The notes beneath the pieces are model-generated. The model was not told the origin of the DNA and did no database searches. It was given only the letters and a program-made list of their open reading frames with translations. A DNA stretch of 64,000 bases from a virus, in IMG/VR virus record IMGVR_UViG_3300046557_000205, positions 6,565 to 70,564 of that record. One strand, written 5' to 3'. Each line of letters opens with the position of its first letter. Position 1 is the first letter of the stretch. The position numbers and the translations under genes are program-made. This document shows positions 1 through 9,940 of the stretch, one piece after another.

Positions 1-1014
1 AAATCTCGTCTTCGTTCCACTGATCCGGAACTACAGAAGACACTATGTATGAGAGCAACTACTAACCCCGGTGGTCCTGGTCACCAATGGGTAAAGAAGA
101 TGTTCATTGACCCACAGATTCCTAATAAGTCTTTCTGGGCTACAGATTTAGACTCTGGTGAAATCATGAGATATCCTGATGATCACCACGATCCCAGTAA
201 AGCAGGGAAGCCTCTATTCAAACGTAGATTCATTCCTTCTTTGTTGAAAGATAATCCATACCTTTTCAATGATGGTAACTACGAGCGCTCACTGCTAGGT
301 TTGCCAGAAGCCCAAAGAAGGAAACTTCTTGAAGGTGACTGGTCTATAGTAGAGGGGGCAGCATTTGCAGAATTTAGTCCAAAGCATCACGTCTGTGAGC
401 CATTCGATATCCCACATGATTGGCGCCGTTTCCGAGGTGCTGACTACGGTTACGCTAGTCCATCTTGTGTACTATGGTTTGCGATTGATCCGGCTTTTGA
501 TACTCTATATGTCTATAGGGAACTCTACGGACCGGGAATGACAGGACTAGATCTTGCTCATAAAGTACTTACACTAGAAGATGGTGAACGTATCTCTTAT
601 GGTGTACTTGATAGTTCAGTCTGGCACGAACGTGGTCTCTATGGACCTACAGTGGCAGAAGAGATGATCGCAGCAGGCTGTAGGTGGCGTCCTTCCGATA
701 GAGGCAAGGGTAGTCGTACCGCAGGTAAGAACCGTCTCCACGAGCTTCTAAAGCTCAAGGAACAGCGATTGGATGAGCCGCCAAAGCCATCTATCATCTT
801 CTTTAATACTTGCCGTCAGCTCATTGCCGACCTTCCATCTATCCCAGTTGATCCAGATATGAAAGACGACATTGACGCACGATACACCAGCGATCATACT
901 TATGACGCTCTCCGTTATGGGATCATGTCTCGTCCTCGTTCAGCATCTCCTTTAGATTGGGGAAGAGAACCAATGGATCGATACACCCCTGCAGATTCAA
1001 CATTTGGTTATTAA
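1..1014 (+). CDS. terL: terminase large subunit (5' truncated by window edge)
   Basis: Frame open from base 1; ATTNPGG coupling motif, nuclease-domain DYG motif and DHTYDALRY. Confidence 0.95.
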   Translation, partial: KSRLRSTDPELQKTLCMRATTNPGGPGHQWVKKMFIDPQIPNKSFWATDLDSGEIMRYPDDHHDPSKAGKPLFKRRFIPSLLKDNPYLFNDGNYERSLLGLPEAQRRKLLEGDWSIVEGAAFAEFSPKHHVCEPFDIPHDWRRFRGADYGYASPSCVLWFAIDPAFDTLYVYRELYGPGMTGLDLAHKVLTLEDGERISYGVLDSSVWHERGLYGPTVAEEMIAAGCRWRPSDRGKGSRTAGKNRLHELLKLKEQRLDEPPKPSIIFFNTCRQLIADLPSIPVDPDMKDDIDARYTSDHTYDALRYGIMSRPRSASPLDWGREPMDRYTPADSTFGY

Positions 1015-1026
1015 GGATAATATATA

Positions 1027-1254
1027 ATGGCTAAAACATCTCGTCTAGGTTCAGATATCAATGCAAAGGTAGCTGACGCCCACAATAGTATGCTTGATAG
1101 TGGTATAGGTGGTCCTAAGACTTGGGACGATATGGTTGCTACTGGTAATCAGAATGATGCTATTAAATCCAGCATCTCTAACAAGTACAATCAGGGTAAG
1201 GATACTGGTCAGAACGACCATCCTTTTCTCTCTCATGTTTCAAAGGATTTCTAA
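1027..1254 (+). CDS. small hypothetical protein
   Basis: AAGGA RBS; TAATG coupling to next gene. Confidence 0.7.
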   Translation: MAKTSRLGSDINAKVADAHNSMLDSGIGGPKTWDDMVATGNQNDAIKSSISNKYNQGKDTGQNDHPFLSHVSKDF

Positions 1255-1457
1255 TGGCTAAGTCACCTTCTCTCGGTAATATCAAAAACCTAAAAGCAAT
1301 GCTTAATGTCAGTGCCTCTCCTAAAAGGATCGGTAATAACCAGGCTCATCTTAATAAGAATGATGCTATGAATGGTCCCGGTACTGATCACTCTTTCTTC
1401 CCTGTATCAGCCGGTGGGCCAGCAAAGATGTCTAATTCAAAGATGCCTAACTGTTAA
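1254..1457 (+). CDS. small hypothetical protein, possible paralog of upstream gene
   Basis: Coupled start; similar MAKxxxLGxx N-terminus and NDA...DHxF segment. Confidence 0.65.
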   Translation: MAKSPSLGNIKNLKAMLNVSASPKRIGNNQAHLNKNDAMNGPGTDHSFFPVSAGGPAKMSNSKMPNC

Positions 1458-1474
1458 TCAAGAAGGATCATACA

Positions 1475-1735
1475 ATGGATGATAATGTAGTTCTATTCCC
1501 CGGCCTCGAAATCAATGACGCACTCTATGAGGATGAGGGACTAGGGCCACAGATTCCTATGGATGAACTCATCGAAGGTTTGAAAGAACAAGACTTCAAA
1601 GAACTCGTCATCATCGGTAAGGTTGAAGAAGGTACATATTTTGCCTCTACTTCCGGTAATCCGGCTGAGGTTCTATTCGCCCTTGAAAAGGCAAAGTATA
1701 TTTTAATGAATAGTTACTTCTCAGAAGGAGATTAG
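1475..1735 (+). CDS. hypothetical protein
   Basis: AAGGA RBS, acidic 86-aa ORF. Confidence 0.75.
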   Translation: MDDNVVLFPGLEINDALYEDEGLGPQIPMDELIEGLKEQDFKELVIIGKVEEGTYFASTSGNPAEVLFALEKAKYILMNSYFSEGD

Positions 1736-1736
1736 T

Positions 1737-3098
1737 ATGACAATTGTATATGACGACGCACAGAACAAACTAGCAAATCTGATTTTTCCTGGTGCTAGCT
1801 CAGATAAACTTGCCATTATTCTTCGTGAAGCTTCACGTACTCAAGACTCAGGTCCTAATACACTTGATGTTGCTATTATAGGTGATAGTTATGCTGGCCA
1901 TAATACATCTAATGTAAATGGTACGTCAAACTGGGGTGTGAATACTGGTAATAGATATATGGCATACGGTTATCTCTCTATGCTAAGGATGATCTCCCGC
2001 CAGTCTTTTAACTTTGATGGTACTAATAATTATGGTGTAGTTGGTGAGACGACCCCACAGATTCTACTCCGAATTGCTGGTATGTTGCAGAATTCTACTG
2101 CACAGACGATTTTCTATCAGGGTGGAATTAATGACCGAGGTACAGCTAACCTCACACTCCAACAGACTAAGGATGCAGTTTCTACTTCATTCAATATGAT
2201 CCTTGATACTGGTCGTACTCTCTTTGTTCCTGTGCCTGGTCCTGTTGGTGATAGTTCATTCACTTCTCAAAGACTATCAGCTACTCAGGTAGCAAATCAC
2301 CTTATGTATCGTAGATGGTTGAATGAAACTTACTCTAATACTCCCGGTGTATCAGTTATCGATACCTATCCTGGTATTGCAGACGTAACGTCTACTACTG
2401 GTGATGCTGTTGTTGGTCAGCTTTACGAAGGTCTCCATCCTAGTACTGGTGGTGCCAACACATATGCCACTAATATTAAACCAGTTACTAGCCTTATCTA
2501 TCCTCCGCGTGAGACTGTACTATTCGGATCTAACTCGGATATCTATGGTGCGTCTAATCCTAACGGTTCCCTTACTGGCAATCCTTTTGTGACTGGTACA
2601 GGTGGTACTCCTGGTACAGGTGGATCTGGTTCTATCGCAGATAGCTGGACTGGTGGTAACGGTGGTGATACTGGACATACTCGTACTTACTCGAAAGTAA
2701 CTTCGAATGGTAAGGCTTGGCAACAGTGTGTATTCGCTGGTACTCCTACTAGTTCTGGTGATGCTGTTGTAGCTTTACAGAATTTCACTTCTAATATTGC
2801 TGTTGGAGATAATCTTCGAGCAGTCTGCGAAGTTGAATGGGATGCAAGTGTTACCGGTATCCAAACCTTTCGTCTTCGTATCGTAGACACTGGTAGTTTC
2901 GTTAACGTTGGTGTTGACATGGACTACTCGGGCTCTATTGGCTTCTGGCCGACAAGTGCTGGTAGTGGTATCCTAATGACTCCTCCTGGTATGATTACTT
3001 CTACCAATCAGCGAGTGGCTCTTGAAGCTCGTCTTATAAGCGGCACTGCTTGTGCTGGAACTATCCGGTTCCGTTCAATGGGTGTCATGAAACTTTAA
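1737..3098 (+). CDS. SGNH/GDSL hydrolase domain protein with beta-rich C-terminal domain (putative virion esterase/deacetylase)
   Basis: SGNH blocks: IIGDSY, GVVGET, GGINDR, EGLHPS. Confidence 0.75.
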   Translation: MTIVYDDAQNKLANLIFPGASSDKLAIILREASRTQDSGPNTLDVAIIGDSYAGHNTSNVNGTSNWGVNTGNRYMAYGYLSMLRMISRQSFNFDGTNNYGVVGETTPQILLRIAGMLQNSTAQTIFYQGGINDRGTANLTLQQTKDAVSTSFNMILDTGRTLFVPVPGPVGDSSFTSQRLSATQVANHLMYRRWLNETYSNTPGVSVIDTYPGIADVTSTTGDAVVGQLYEGLHPSTGGANTYATNIKPVTSLIYPPRETVLFGSNSDIYGASNPNGSLTGNPFVTGTGGTPGTGGSGSIADSWTGGNGGDTGHTRTYSKVTSNGKAWQQCVFAGTPTSSGDAVVALQNFTSNIAVGDNLRAVCEVEWDASVTGIQTFRLRIVDTGSFVNVGVDMDYSGSIGFWPTSAGSGILMTPPGMITSTNQRVALEARLISGTACAGTIRFRSMGVMKL

Positions 3099-3108
3099 AG
3101 GATAAATA

Positions 3109-5271
3109 ATGGGTATCATGGATCAGCCACCGGCTGGAATGACTGACAGTCTGTCGGTAGAAACTACAGCAGACCCTTCAGCTTCGGTGGCTATTCCTGA
3201 AGCTGCCGATACTTCACAGGATGCAAATAAATATTCTAAGTTAGTTGAAGCGATCAATGAGGACTTCAACAGGTCGAAACGTAAGAGACAGTCAGATGAA
3301 ATGCGCTGGCTTGAATGCTACAGGAATTATCGAGGTCTCTACGGGCCGACCACAATTTTCACTTCTACAGAGAAGTCGAAAGCTTTTATCAAGATCACTA
3401 AGACCAAGGTTCAAGCAGCCTTCGCTCAGATTACAGATGTTCTTTTCGCAGGTAATCGATTTCCTCTAGGTATCGAAAGTCCTAACAACCCTACTGGTGT
3501 TGCTAAAGATATTCATCTGTCAGGTCCTCCTCAACCAGGACAACCACCGGCCCCTGATACGTCGACCCCTGAACCTAATAGTCAGATGGATCCTCATATC
3601 GCTAAGCTCTTTGGTCCTAAGGCTGATCAGCTCAAGCCGTTGGAAGCAGACATTAAGTTGGGTCAAGGTGTACTACCTTCTGATATTAATTTTGAACCGG
3701 CTAAAGATACTGCCCGTGCAATGGAGAAACAAATCCTTGATCAACTTGAAGAAGCTGATGCGGCCAGACATCTACGTTCTACCATCTTCGAAGCCTGCCT
3801 TTTCGGAACTGGTGCATTTAAGGGTCCCTTTGCAATTGACAAAGAATATCCTAGGTGGGGTACAGATGGTACCTATAACCCAGATATCAAAACTATCCCC
3901 TCAGTTGAGTATGTATCTATTTGGGATTGTTATCCTGACGCGGATGCACGAAATATGGGAGAAGCTGAAAAGTTCATTCAGAGACATCGTATGTCAAGGA
4001 CTGACCTCCGCCAGCTTAAGAAAAGACCTTTCTTCCGTGCTAAGAACATCGAAGCTCGTATTTCAGAAGGCCCTAGCTACAGTCCTGAGTATTGGGAAAG
4101 CGCTTTGGTTGAAGATCAGAACGATGATACAATCAACGAACGTTGGGAAGTCCTAGAATACTGGGGCATGATGGATACGGAAATAGCAAAAGATGCCGGT
4201 ATCAAACTACCGAAGGAATATAAGGGACATGATCAAATCCAGGTTAACGCTTGGATCTCCGGTTCTCAGATTCTGCGTCTGGTCTTTAATCCGTTTACTC
4301 CTGCTCGCATCCCTTATAACGTTATACCTTATGAACTAAACCCTTATAGCATCTTTGGTATCGGTGTTGCTGAAAACATGCTCGATACTCAGTTGCTTAT
4401 GAATGGTTTTATGCGGCTTGCAGTAGATAATGCTGCACTCTCGTCAAATGTCATTCTTGAGATCAACGAAGACTATCTTACTCCCGGTCAGACTATGGAA
4501 CTCTTTCCCGGTAAGATCTTCAAACGATCTGGTGGCGCTCCCGGTAACGCTATCAATGACATTCATATTCAGGACGTCTCTCAGTCGGCTCTGGCTCTAT
4601 TTGATAAAGCCCGGCAACTGTCAGATGAGAGTACCGGTATGCCTTCCTTCGCACATGGTCAAACAGGTGTAACAGGTGTAGGCCGTACCGCTTCTGGTAT
4701 GTCTATGTTGATGGGTGCCGCAGCACAGTCTATTAAGGCTGTCGTTCGGAACATTGATGACTACCTCCTTGGTCCTCTAGGTAAAGCTCTGTTTGCATTC
4801 AATATGCAGTTCAACTTTAAAGAAGAGTATATTGGTGAACTCACTGTTGTAGCCAAGGGTACAGAAAGCTTGATGCGGAATGAAATCCGTAGTCAACGTC
4901 TCCTTCAGCTAGCACAGTTTGCTGCACCTAATCCTAGTATGGCTCCCTTTATTAAATGGGATTACATTCTTAGGGAGTATGCTGCTTCTCTTGACCTTGA
5001 TGAAGATAAGGTAGTTAACGATCCACGAGGTGCTCAGATTCAGGCACTCCTTATGGCACAAATGCAACAGACTATGGGTGGTCCTCAGGGACAACCTGGT
5101 GCTCCTGGTCAACCAGCTCCTCCGGGTGGTGGTGGCGCTCCGGCTCCTTCTGATCCAGGTGGTAACGGTAATGGTAACATCGCTCCTGGTAATGCTCCTG
5201 CTCCTGGTGCTCCGGGCTTCTCTAGTAACTCAGTAGGTCTCTGGAATTCCAGCCCTCAGAACACACAGTGA
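3109..5271 (+). CDS. portal protein
   Basis: 720 aa after terminase; FGIGVAE, GRTASGMSMLM motifs typical of podovirus portals; Pro/Gly-rich tail. Confidence 0.9.
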   Translation: MGIMDQPPAGMTDSLSVETTADPSASVAIPEAADTSQDANKYSKLVEAINEDFNRSKRKRQSDEMRWLECYRNYRGLYGPTTIFTSTEKSKAFIKITKTKVQAAFAQITDVLFAGNRFPLGIESPNNPTGVAKDIHLSGPPQPGQPPAPDTSTPEPNSQMDPHIAKLFGPKADQLKPLEADIKLGQGVLPSDINFEPAKDTARAMEKQILDQLEEADAARHLRSTIFEACLFGTGAFKGPFAIDKEYPRWGTDGTYNPDIKTIPSVEYVSIWDCYPDADARNMGEAEKFIQRHRMSRTDLRQLKKRPFFRAKNIEARISEGPSYSPEYWESALVEDQNDDTINERWEVLEYWGMMDTEIAKDAGIKLPKEYKGHDQIQVNAWISGSQILRLVFNPFTPARIPYNVIPYELNPYSIFGIGVAENMLDTQLLMNGFMRLAVDNAALSSNVILEINEDYLTPGQTMELFPGKIFKRSGGAPGNAINDIHIQDVSQSALALFDKARQLSDESTGMPSFAHGQTGVTGVGRTASGMSMLMGAAAQSIKAVVRNIDDYLLGPLGKALFAFNMQFNFKEEYIGELTVVAKGTESLMRNEIRSQRLLQLAQFAAPNPSMAPFIKWDYILREYAASLDLDEDKVVNDPRGAQIQALLMAQMQQTMGGPQGQPGAPGQPAPPGGGGAPAPSDPGGNGNGNIAPGNAPAPGAPGFSSNSVGLWNSSPQNTQ

Positions 5272-5276
5272 GATAA

Positions 5277-5492
5277 ATGAAGAAACAAGATGCAGAGAAA
5301 CTATACGCCTTAGCTAATGATAAGAAAGTAAATGATGCTCTGCTACATTATGTGGAACTCAGGATATCCTACCTAAAGGATGTCTTGAGTACTGCAGATA
5401 CGCTTGATAGTATTCGAAAGTACCAAGGTGCAATCGAAGAACTTAAATGGATCTACCATCTAAGAGATGATGTCAATAACCCGAGAGATTGA
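5277..5492 (+). CDS. small head-associated hypothetical protein
   Basis: Post-portal position; YQGAIEEL helical motif. Confidence 0.7.
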   Translation: MKKQDAEKLYALANDKKVNDALLHYVELRISYLKDVLSTADTLDSIRKYQGAIEELKWIYHLRDDVNNPRD

Positions 5493-5530
5493 GATCTCGG
5501 ATCTGCACTACGTGCGAGAGGGACTAATAC

Positions 5531-7285
5531 ATGGCTTTAGAAAATTCTACTCCATATGCCGTTCAGTATTTGAACCCTACTACGGGTAAGAATGACTACA
5601 TCGATCTCCGTACTGGACAGCCTATTCCTCCGGAATTGATTTCTCAGTATCAGCATACTACACAAGAAGATATTGATAGCGGGAAGACTAAGCTCGACCC
5701 TGGTGACAAACATGCTTATCAGGAAATCTTTCAGAGAACATCTGGTGGAGATCACGCCTCAGGAAACTTTAGTGGTTCTACTGCTGGTCCTCGTGAACCT
5801 GGTAACAATTACGGTTATGCTTCTAAGCCCGGTTTCCTAGGTGTTGCAAGTGCTATGCCCGGTCCAGTAGGGATTGTAGGTAAAGTTGCTAATGTGGCAA
5901 TGAATGTTAACAATGGTCTTGCTGTTAATAAGGCTCGTGAGTCCCTAGGATTTGCACCTAAGTCTATGCTCGGCGCAGCTATTTCAGATAATAAAGGTCT
6001 TGTTGGTGAAGTTACCAATGGTGTTGAGAGTACTCCAGTAAGTATTGGAGCTGCTCAGACTCCTGATGGTCGTACAGCTTACACCCCTAACGAAGCTCGT
6101 ATGCGATCCTTGGTTAATCCAGGGACTATGGCTGAAAGTGATCGTGCAACTGTTAACGCACAGAAACAAGAGTTTCAAGCTGCTAACCCAGATGCTCAAA
6201 AGAATATGCCAGCATCTAATATGTTTTCTAAAATGGCTGCAAACCTCTTTCATCCTGAACCTGCTGAAACACCCGCTGCTGTAGCTAATCCTGTTGGTGT
6301 ATCTACTACTCCTGATGATACTGCAGAACAAGGTGATATCGATACTCAAGGCTCTTCAACTATCAGTGCTCAAAATCGTTCTTTGGATGGTATGGGTTTA
6401 ACTGGTTCTTGGGGACAACAGGCTAATGTATCCAGTAATGGTACAGACGGTAGTATCAATAGTAATATGAACAATGATGCTCTTAGTGGTTCTGCTCAAC
6501 ATATGGTTGGAGTAATGGATCACATGGGCCTTGGTAACTTAGGTGTTAACTCAGATCGACGCTCTGTTACAAGTAATGCTGCTGCCGGTGGAGCTAAGGC
6601 TTCTCAACATCTGCAAGGTAACGCAGTGGATGTAGCTACTAAAGGTATGACCAATGAACAGAAAGAGGCTACCCTCGATGGTGCTCTTGCTGGTGGTGCA
6701 ACTGGTATTGGTATGTATGGTACAGGTTCTATGCACATAGATACTCGTAATCAGGCAACTAATCCTGGTGGTCTAACGATGTGGGGATCAAATCCTAACA
6801 ATCATTATGCTGGACAAACGGTAGACCAATCTCCCGCATGGGCACAATCAGACTTGCAAGCTAAGATAGACTCCAATGGTTATGGTTATTTGTCTAGCCA
6901 TATGGTTCCTACTCCTACTGCTCGTCCTACTGATACAGGTTTCATGGGTGCATCCGCAATCTCAAGTGGTTGGGGTGTTACAGGTGGTATAGCTCCTACA
7001 AACAGTATGTCACCTTCTGGTTCATTTGCCAGTGCTGGTCCTCAAACAAGTGGACCTACTCAAAGTTCAACAACTTCTTCTGCTCCGTCAAGCGGCCCCT
7101 CAACATCCTCTTCTTCATCTTCCACAGGTGGTATGGGGATGGGTGGACGTTCAGACAATTCAGCAGGTAATTCCGGTAGTGGTCTTGGTGGAGGTTTCTC
7201 CTCAGCCCCCGGTAATAAATCCGACTCTGATTCCAATGGTGGACAGGGCGGTTATGGTGGTTCACGGTCAGATGGCTGGAACTAA
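5531..7285 (+). CDS. putative virion protein with peptidase M15-like domain
   Basis: R...SQHLQGNAVD and GIGMY...HIDTR zinc-peptidase M15 motifs; Ser/Gly-rich tail. Confidence 0.75.
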   Translation: MALENSTPYAVQYLNPTTGKNDYIDLRTGQPIPPELISQYQHTTQEDIDSGKTKLDPGDKHAYQEIFQRTSGGDHASGNFSGSTAGPREPGNNYGYASKPGFLGVASAMPGPVGIVGKVANVAMNVNNGLAVNKARESLGFAPKSMLGAAISDNKGLVGEVTNGVESTPVSIGAAQTPDGRTAYTPNEARMRSLVNPGTMAESDRATVNAQKQEFQAANPDAQKNMPASNMFSKMAANLFHPEPAETPAAVANPVGVSTTPDDTAEQGDIDTQGSSTISAQNRSLDGMGLTGSWGQQANVSSNGTDGSINSNMNNDALSGSAQHMVGVMDHMGLGNLGVNSDRRSVTSNAAAGGAKASQHLQGNAVDVATKGMTNEQKEATLDGALAGGATGIGMYGTGSMHIDTRNQATNPGGLTMWGSNPNNHYAGQTVDQSPAWAQSDLQAKIDSNGYGYLSSHMVPTPTARPTDTGFMGASAISSGWGVTGGIAPTNSMSPSGSFASAGPQTSGPTQSSTTSSAPSSGPSTSSSSSSTGGMGMGGRSDNSAGNSGSGLGGGFSSAPGNKSDSDSNGGQGGYGGSRSDGWN

Positions 7286-7294
7286 CTAATGTGG

Positions 7295-7336
7295 AAGGCT
7301 ACCCGCAACCCTCATAAAGAGACTACTTGTGGCCCC
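7295..7336 (+). promoter_or_regulatory. structured leader upstream of scaffold gene
   Basis: Stems CCGCAA/UUGUGG and CUC/GAG with RCUAC/CC internal loops, abutting the AAGGAG RBS. Confidence 0.5.
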
Positions 7337-7349
7337 AAAGGAGAACTAA

Positions 7350-8156
7350 ATGGCTAAGTATCGTAATCCTCGTAATGATGAACTTCTCGCTGAACAGGAA
7401 GCCGCTGAGGCTGAACAGGCTCTTATGAATGAACCTGCTAAAACTGTAGAAGATGAAGGGTTCAAGAAACGTTACGGAGATTTGAGGCGCTTTCAGGCTC
7501 AGAAAGAACTCGAAGCAAAAACTCGAATTGATGAACTAGAGCGCAAGCTTGATCAGGCTCTCCGGGGCCAAATCAAACCACCCAAGTCCGCAGAAGATGT
7601 GGAAGCTTGGTCTAAGAACTATCCTGAATTTGCAGGCATTCTTGAAACGATTGTCTCAAGCAGGATTAAAGAGGCAACATCCTCTACCAACGAAAAGCTA
7701 GGAAAGCTCGAACAGGACCGTCAGGAATTTGAAGCCGAGAAGGCCGTTACTGAACTCCGTCGTAGACACCCTGACTTTGATAAGTTGGCCAAATCAGATA
7801 AGTTCCACGCATGGTTGGAAGATCAGGATCAGGTAGCACGAGATGCTATCTATAATGGTTTCAACGTGAAGGCAGCTGATCTGGTTATTAAAGCATACAA
7901 AGCCGACAGCAATATCCCTACCTCCAACGCCCCAGTTGAAGACGGATTTAGTGGACGACAGGCAGCTCAGGCTGTTCAAACTCGCACACGTGCTGAGGCA
8001 CCAGATTTCGACGGTGGTGACTATGAGTTCACCGAAAGTCAGATCGAACGGGAGAGCAAGAAGAATCGTAAATGGTTTGATGCCAATGAAGATAAAATTA
8101 TTTCTGCTCACCAACGGGGTAAGATACTCTACGATGTAACAGGCGGTGCACGCTAA
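7350..8156 (+). CDS. capsid scaffolding protein
   Basis: FKKRYGDLRR, HPDF motifs, coiled coil, immediately before MCP. Confidence 0.85.
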   Translation: MAKYRNPRNDELLAEQEAAEAEQALMNEPAKTVEDEGFKKRYGDLRRFQAQKELEAKTRIDELERKLDQALRGQIKPPKSAEDVEAWSKNYPEFAGILETIVSSRIKEATSSTNEKLGKLEQDRQEFEAEKAVTELRRRHPDFDKLAKSDKFHAWLEDQDQVARDAIYNGFNVKAADLVIKAYKADSNIPTSNAPVEDGFSGRQAAQAVQTRTRAEAPDFDGGDYEFTESQIERESKKNRKWFDANEDKIISAHQRGKILYDVTGGAR

Positions 8157-8197
8157 CATCCCGGTATAATACTTACCTTACATAGTAAATAAGATAG

Positions 8198-8257
8198 AAG
8201 ACAACCCAATACTTTTAGCCCTCTTAAGGAGACAACCTAAATACAGTACTGGCCTCT
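8198..8257 (+). promoter_or_regulatory. structured leader upstream of capsid gene
   Basis: Stems CCAAUAC/GUACUGG, UUUAG/CUAAA, CUC/GAG with two ACAAC/CC internal loops. Confidence 0.5.
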
Positions 8258-8315
8258 CTAGGACTTATTGATCTATCTCACAATTAATCAATAATTAATC
8301 TAGGAGACTAATAAT

Positions 8316-9362
8316 ATGGCTTTTCAGTCCGCAACAGGCTACGGCAGCCTACCTAATGGTAAATTTTCGCCGGTTATCTACTCGCAGAAGGTTCAGAAGC
8401 AGTTCCGTAAGACTTCGGTCGTCGAAGACATTACGAACAACGACTACTTCGGCGAGATCACTGCCTTCGGTGACAGCGTTCAGATCATCAAGGAACCTGA
8501 AATCGCGATCAGCAAGTATGCCCGTGGCACTCAGCTGACGTCTCAGGACCTCGAAGACCAGGACTTCACGCTCCTCGTTGACCGTGCTAACTCCTTCCAG
8601 TTTCAGGTCGATGACATTGAAAAGAAGCAGTCGCATGTCAACTGGCTTGATATGGCTACCGATCGTGCTGGCTATCGTCTTGCACAGGAATATGACTCGG
8701 ACGTTCTCGGCTACCTGTCGGGTTTTGAGTTTAACGCAACGACTGGCCTCTGGGCTGCTCGTACGGCTCCTGTCGGTACTAAGGCAGAAATCACTGCTGA
8801 CGTCGACGAACTCTTCGCTATCCATAAGCTTGCTCGTAACGCCTTTGTGACTGCCGGTGCTTCCACCGACTCCATCGCATTGGGTACGTCTGGCACGTTT
8901 GATGCAACTCCTCTTCAGGTCCTTAACCGTATGAACCGACTGCTCGATCAGCAGAACGTTGAGAAGGAAGGTCGCTGGATCGTAGTTGACCCAATCTTTA
9001 TGGAAATCCTGATGGACGAAAATTCGAAGTTCATCAACCGCGACTGGAACTCGGACGAGTCCCTTACCAATGGTAAGATCTCTGCTGACAAGATTCGTGG
9101 CTTCCGTGTATACGTTTCCAACAACCTTGCCTACGTTGGTACGGGTCCTGGTGTAACGTCTACGGTTGGTTCTTCGACTAACTATGGTGTTATTGTTGCT
9201 GGTCATGACTCCGCTGTCGCAACGGCTGAGCAGATCAACAAGACGGAGTCCTTCCGTTCGCCGTTTGGCTTCTCCGACATCGTTCGTGGTATGCATATGT
9301 ATGGTCGTAAGATCCTGCGTCCTACCGGCCTTCTTCGTGCAATCTACAACAAGGCTTCGTAA
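8316..9362 (+). CDS. major capsid protein
   Basis: FSPVIYSQKV, YFGEI..FGDSVQII, DIVRGMHMYGRKILRP; strongly biased codon usage; AGGAG RBS. Confidence 0.93.
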   Translation: MAFQSATGYGSLPNGKFSPVIYSQKVQKQFRKTSVVEDITNNDYFGEITAFGDSVQIIKEPEIAISKYARGTQLTSQDLEDQDFTLLVDRANSFQFQVDDIEKKQSHVNWLDMATDRAGYRLAQEYDSDVLGYLSGFEFNATTGLWAARTAPVGTKAEITADVDELFAIHKLARNAFVTAGASTDSIALGTSGTFDATPLQVLNRMNRLLDQQNVEKEGRWIVVDPIFMEILMDENSKFINRDWNSDESLTNGKISADKIRGFRVYVSNNLAYVGTGPGVTSTVGSSTNYGVIVAGHDSAVATAEQINKTESFRSPFGFSDIVRGMHMYGRKILRPTGLLRAIYNKAS

Positions 9363-9383
9363 TCTTAAAGGAGATTAATCTAA

Positions 9384-9884
9384 ATGGCTACTATCACTAC
9401 TCTTTCTAATCCTCTGTCGACTGTCCTTGGTACGACTCCTCGTCTCATGGACAACGATAAGTTTACGTATACCCTCTGGAAGGAGATCGACCTCGCTGCT
9501 GCTGTGACGGCCAAGGGTTCTGCCCTGGCTGCTGCTGACGTTATCGAAGTCCTTCGAATTCCTGCTTTCTCTATGATTATCGGCGCGTGGGGACGTAAGT
9601 CTGCTGCTCTCGCCGGTACGGTCTCTGTCTGCACGGTTAACGTCGGTGTGACGGGTGTCAATGCTACCGGTTACGGTAACGGTTGGGACCTCTTCGCAGC
9701 CGCTGTTGATACCTTCAGTACTCCTATCTCTGGTGCTCAGCCCATCCTTACGACTGACGATACGATTGACGTCGTTATTGCCACTCTGACGGGTACGCTT
9801 ACCGGTGGTAAGATCATCGTTGGTGCAGTAGTTGCCGACCTTCATAAGAAGGCTCGTGGTATCATCGCTACTCCTAAGTCTTAA
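9384..9884 (+). CDS. putative capsid decoration/minor capsid protein
   Basis: Follows MCP, similar codon bias, beta-rich, precedes terminator. Confidence 0.65.
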   Translation: MATITTLSNPLSTVLGTTPRLMDNDKFTYTLWKEIDLAAAVTAKGSALAAADVIEVLRIPAFSMIIGAWGRKSAALAGTVSVCTVNVGVTGVNATGYGNGWDLFAAAVDTFSTPISGAQPILTTDDTIDVVIATLTGTLTGGKIIVGAVVADLHKKARGIIATPKS

Positions 9885-9895
9885 TCTATACTACA

Positions 9896-9922
9896 GCCGG
9901 GGGTGTAAAAGCCCCCGGTTTT
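9896..9922 (+). terminator. intrinsic terminator
   Basis: CCGGGGG/CCCCCGG stem followed by TTTT. Confidence 0.85.
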
Positions 9923-9940
9923 ACTATAAGGAGTTAAGAT

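Noticed and set aside
8349-9296. 315-aa antisense ORF over the capsid gene
   Set aside because: Shadow frame expected from the strong codon bias of a highly expressed gene; no RBS or motifs.
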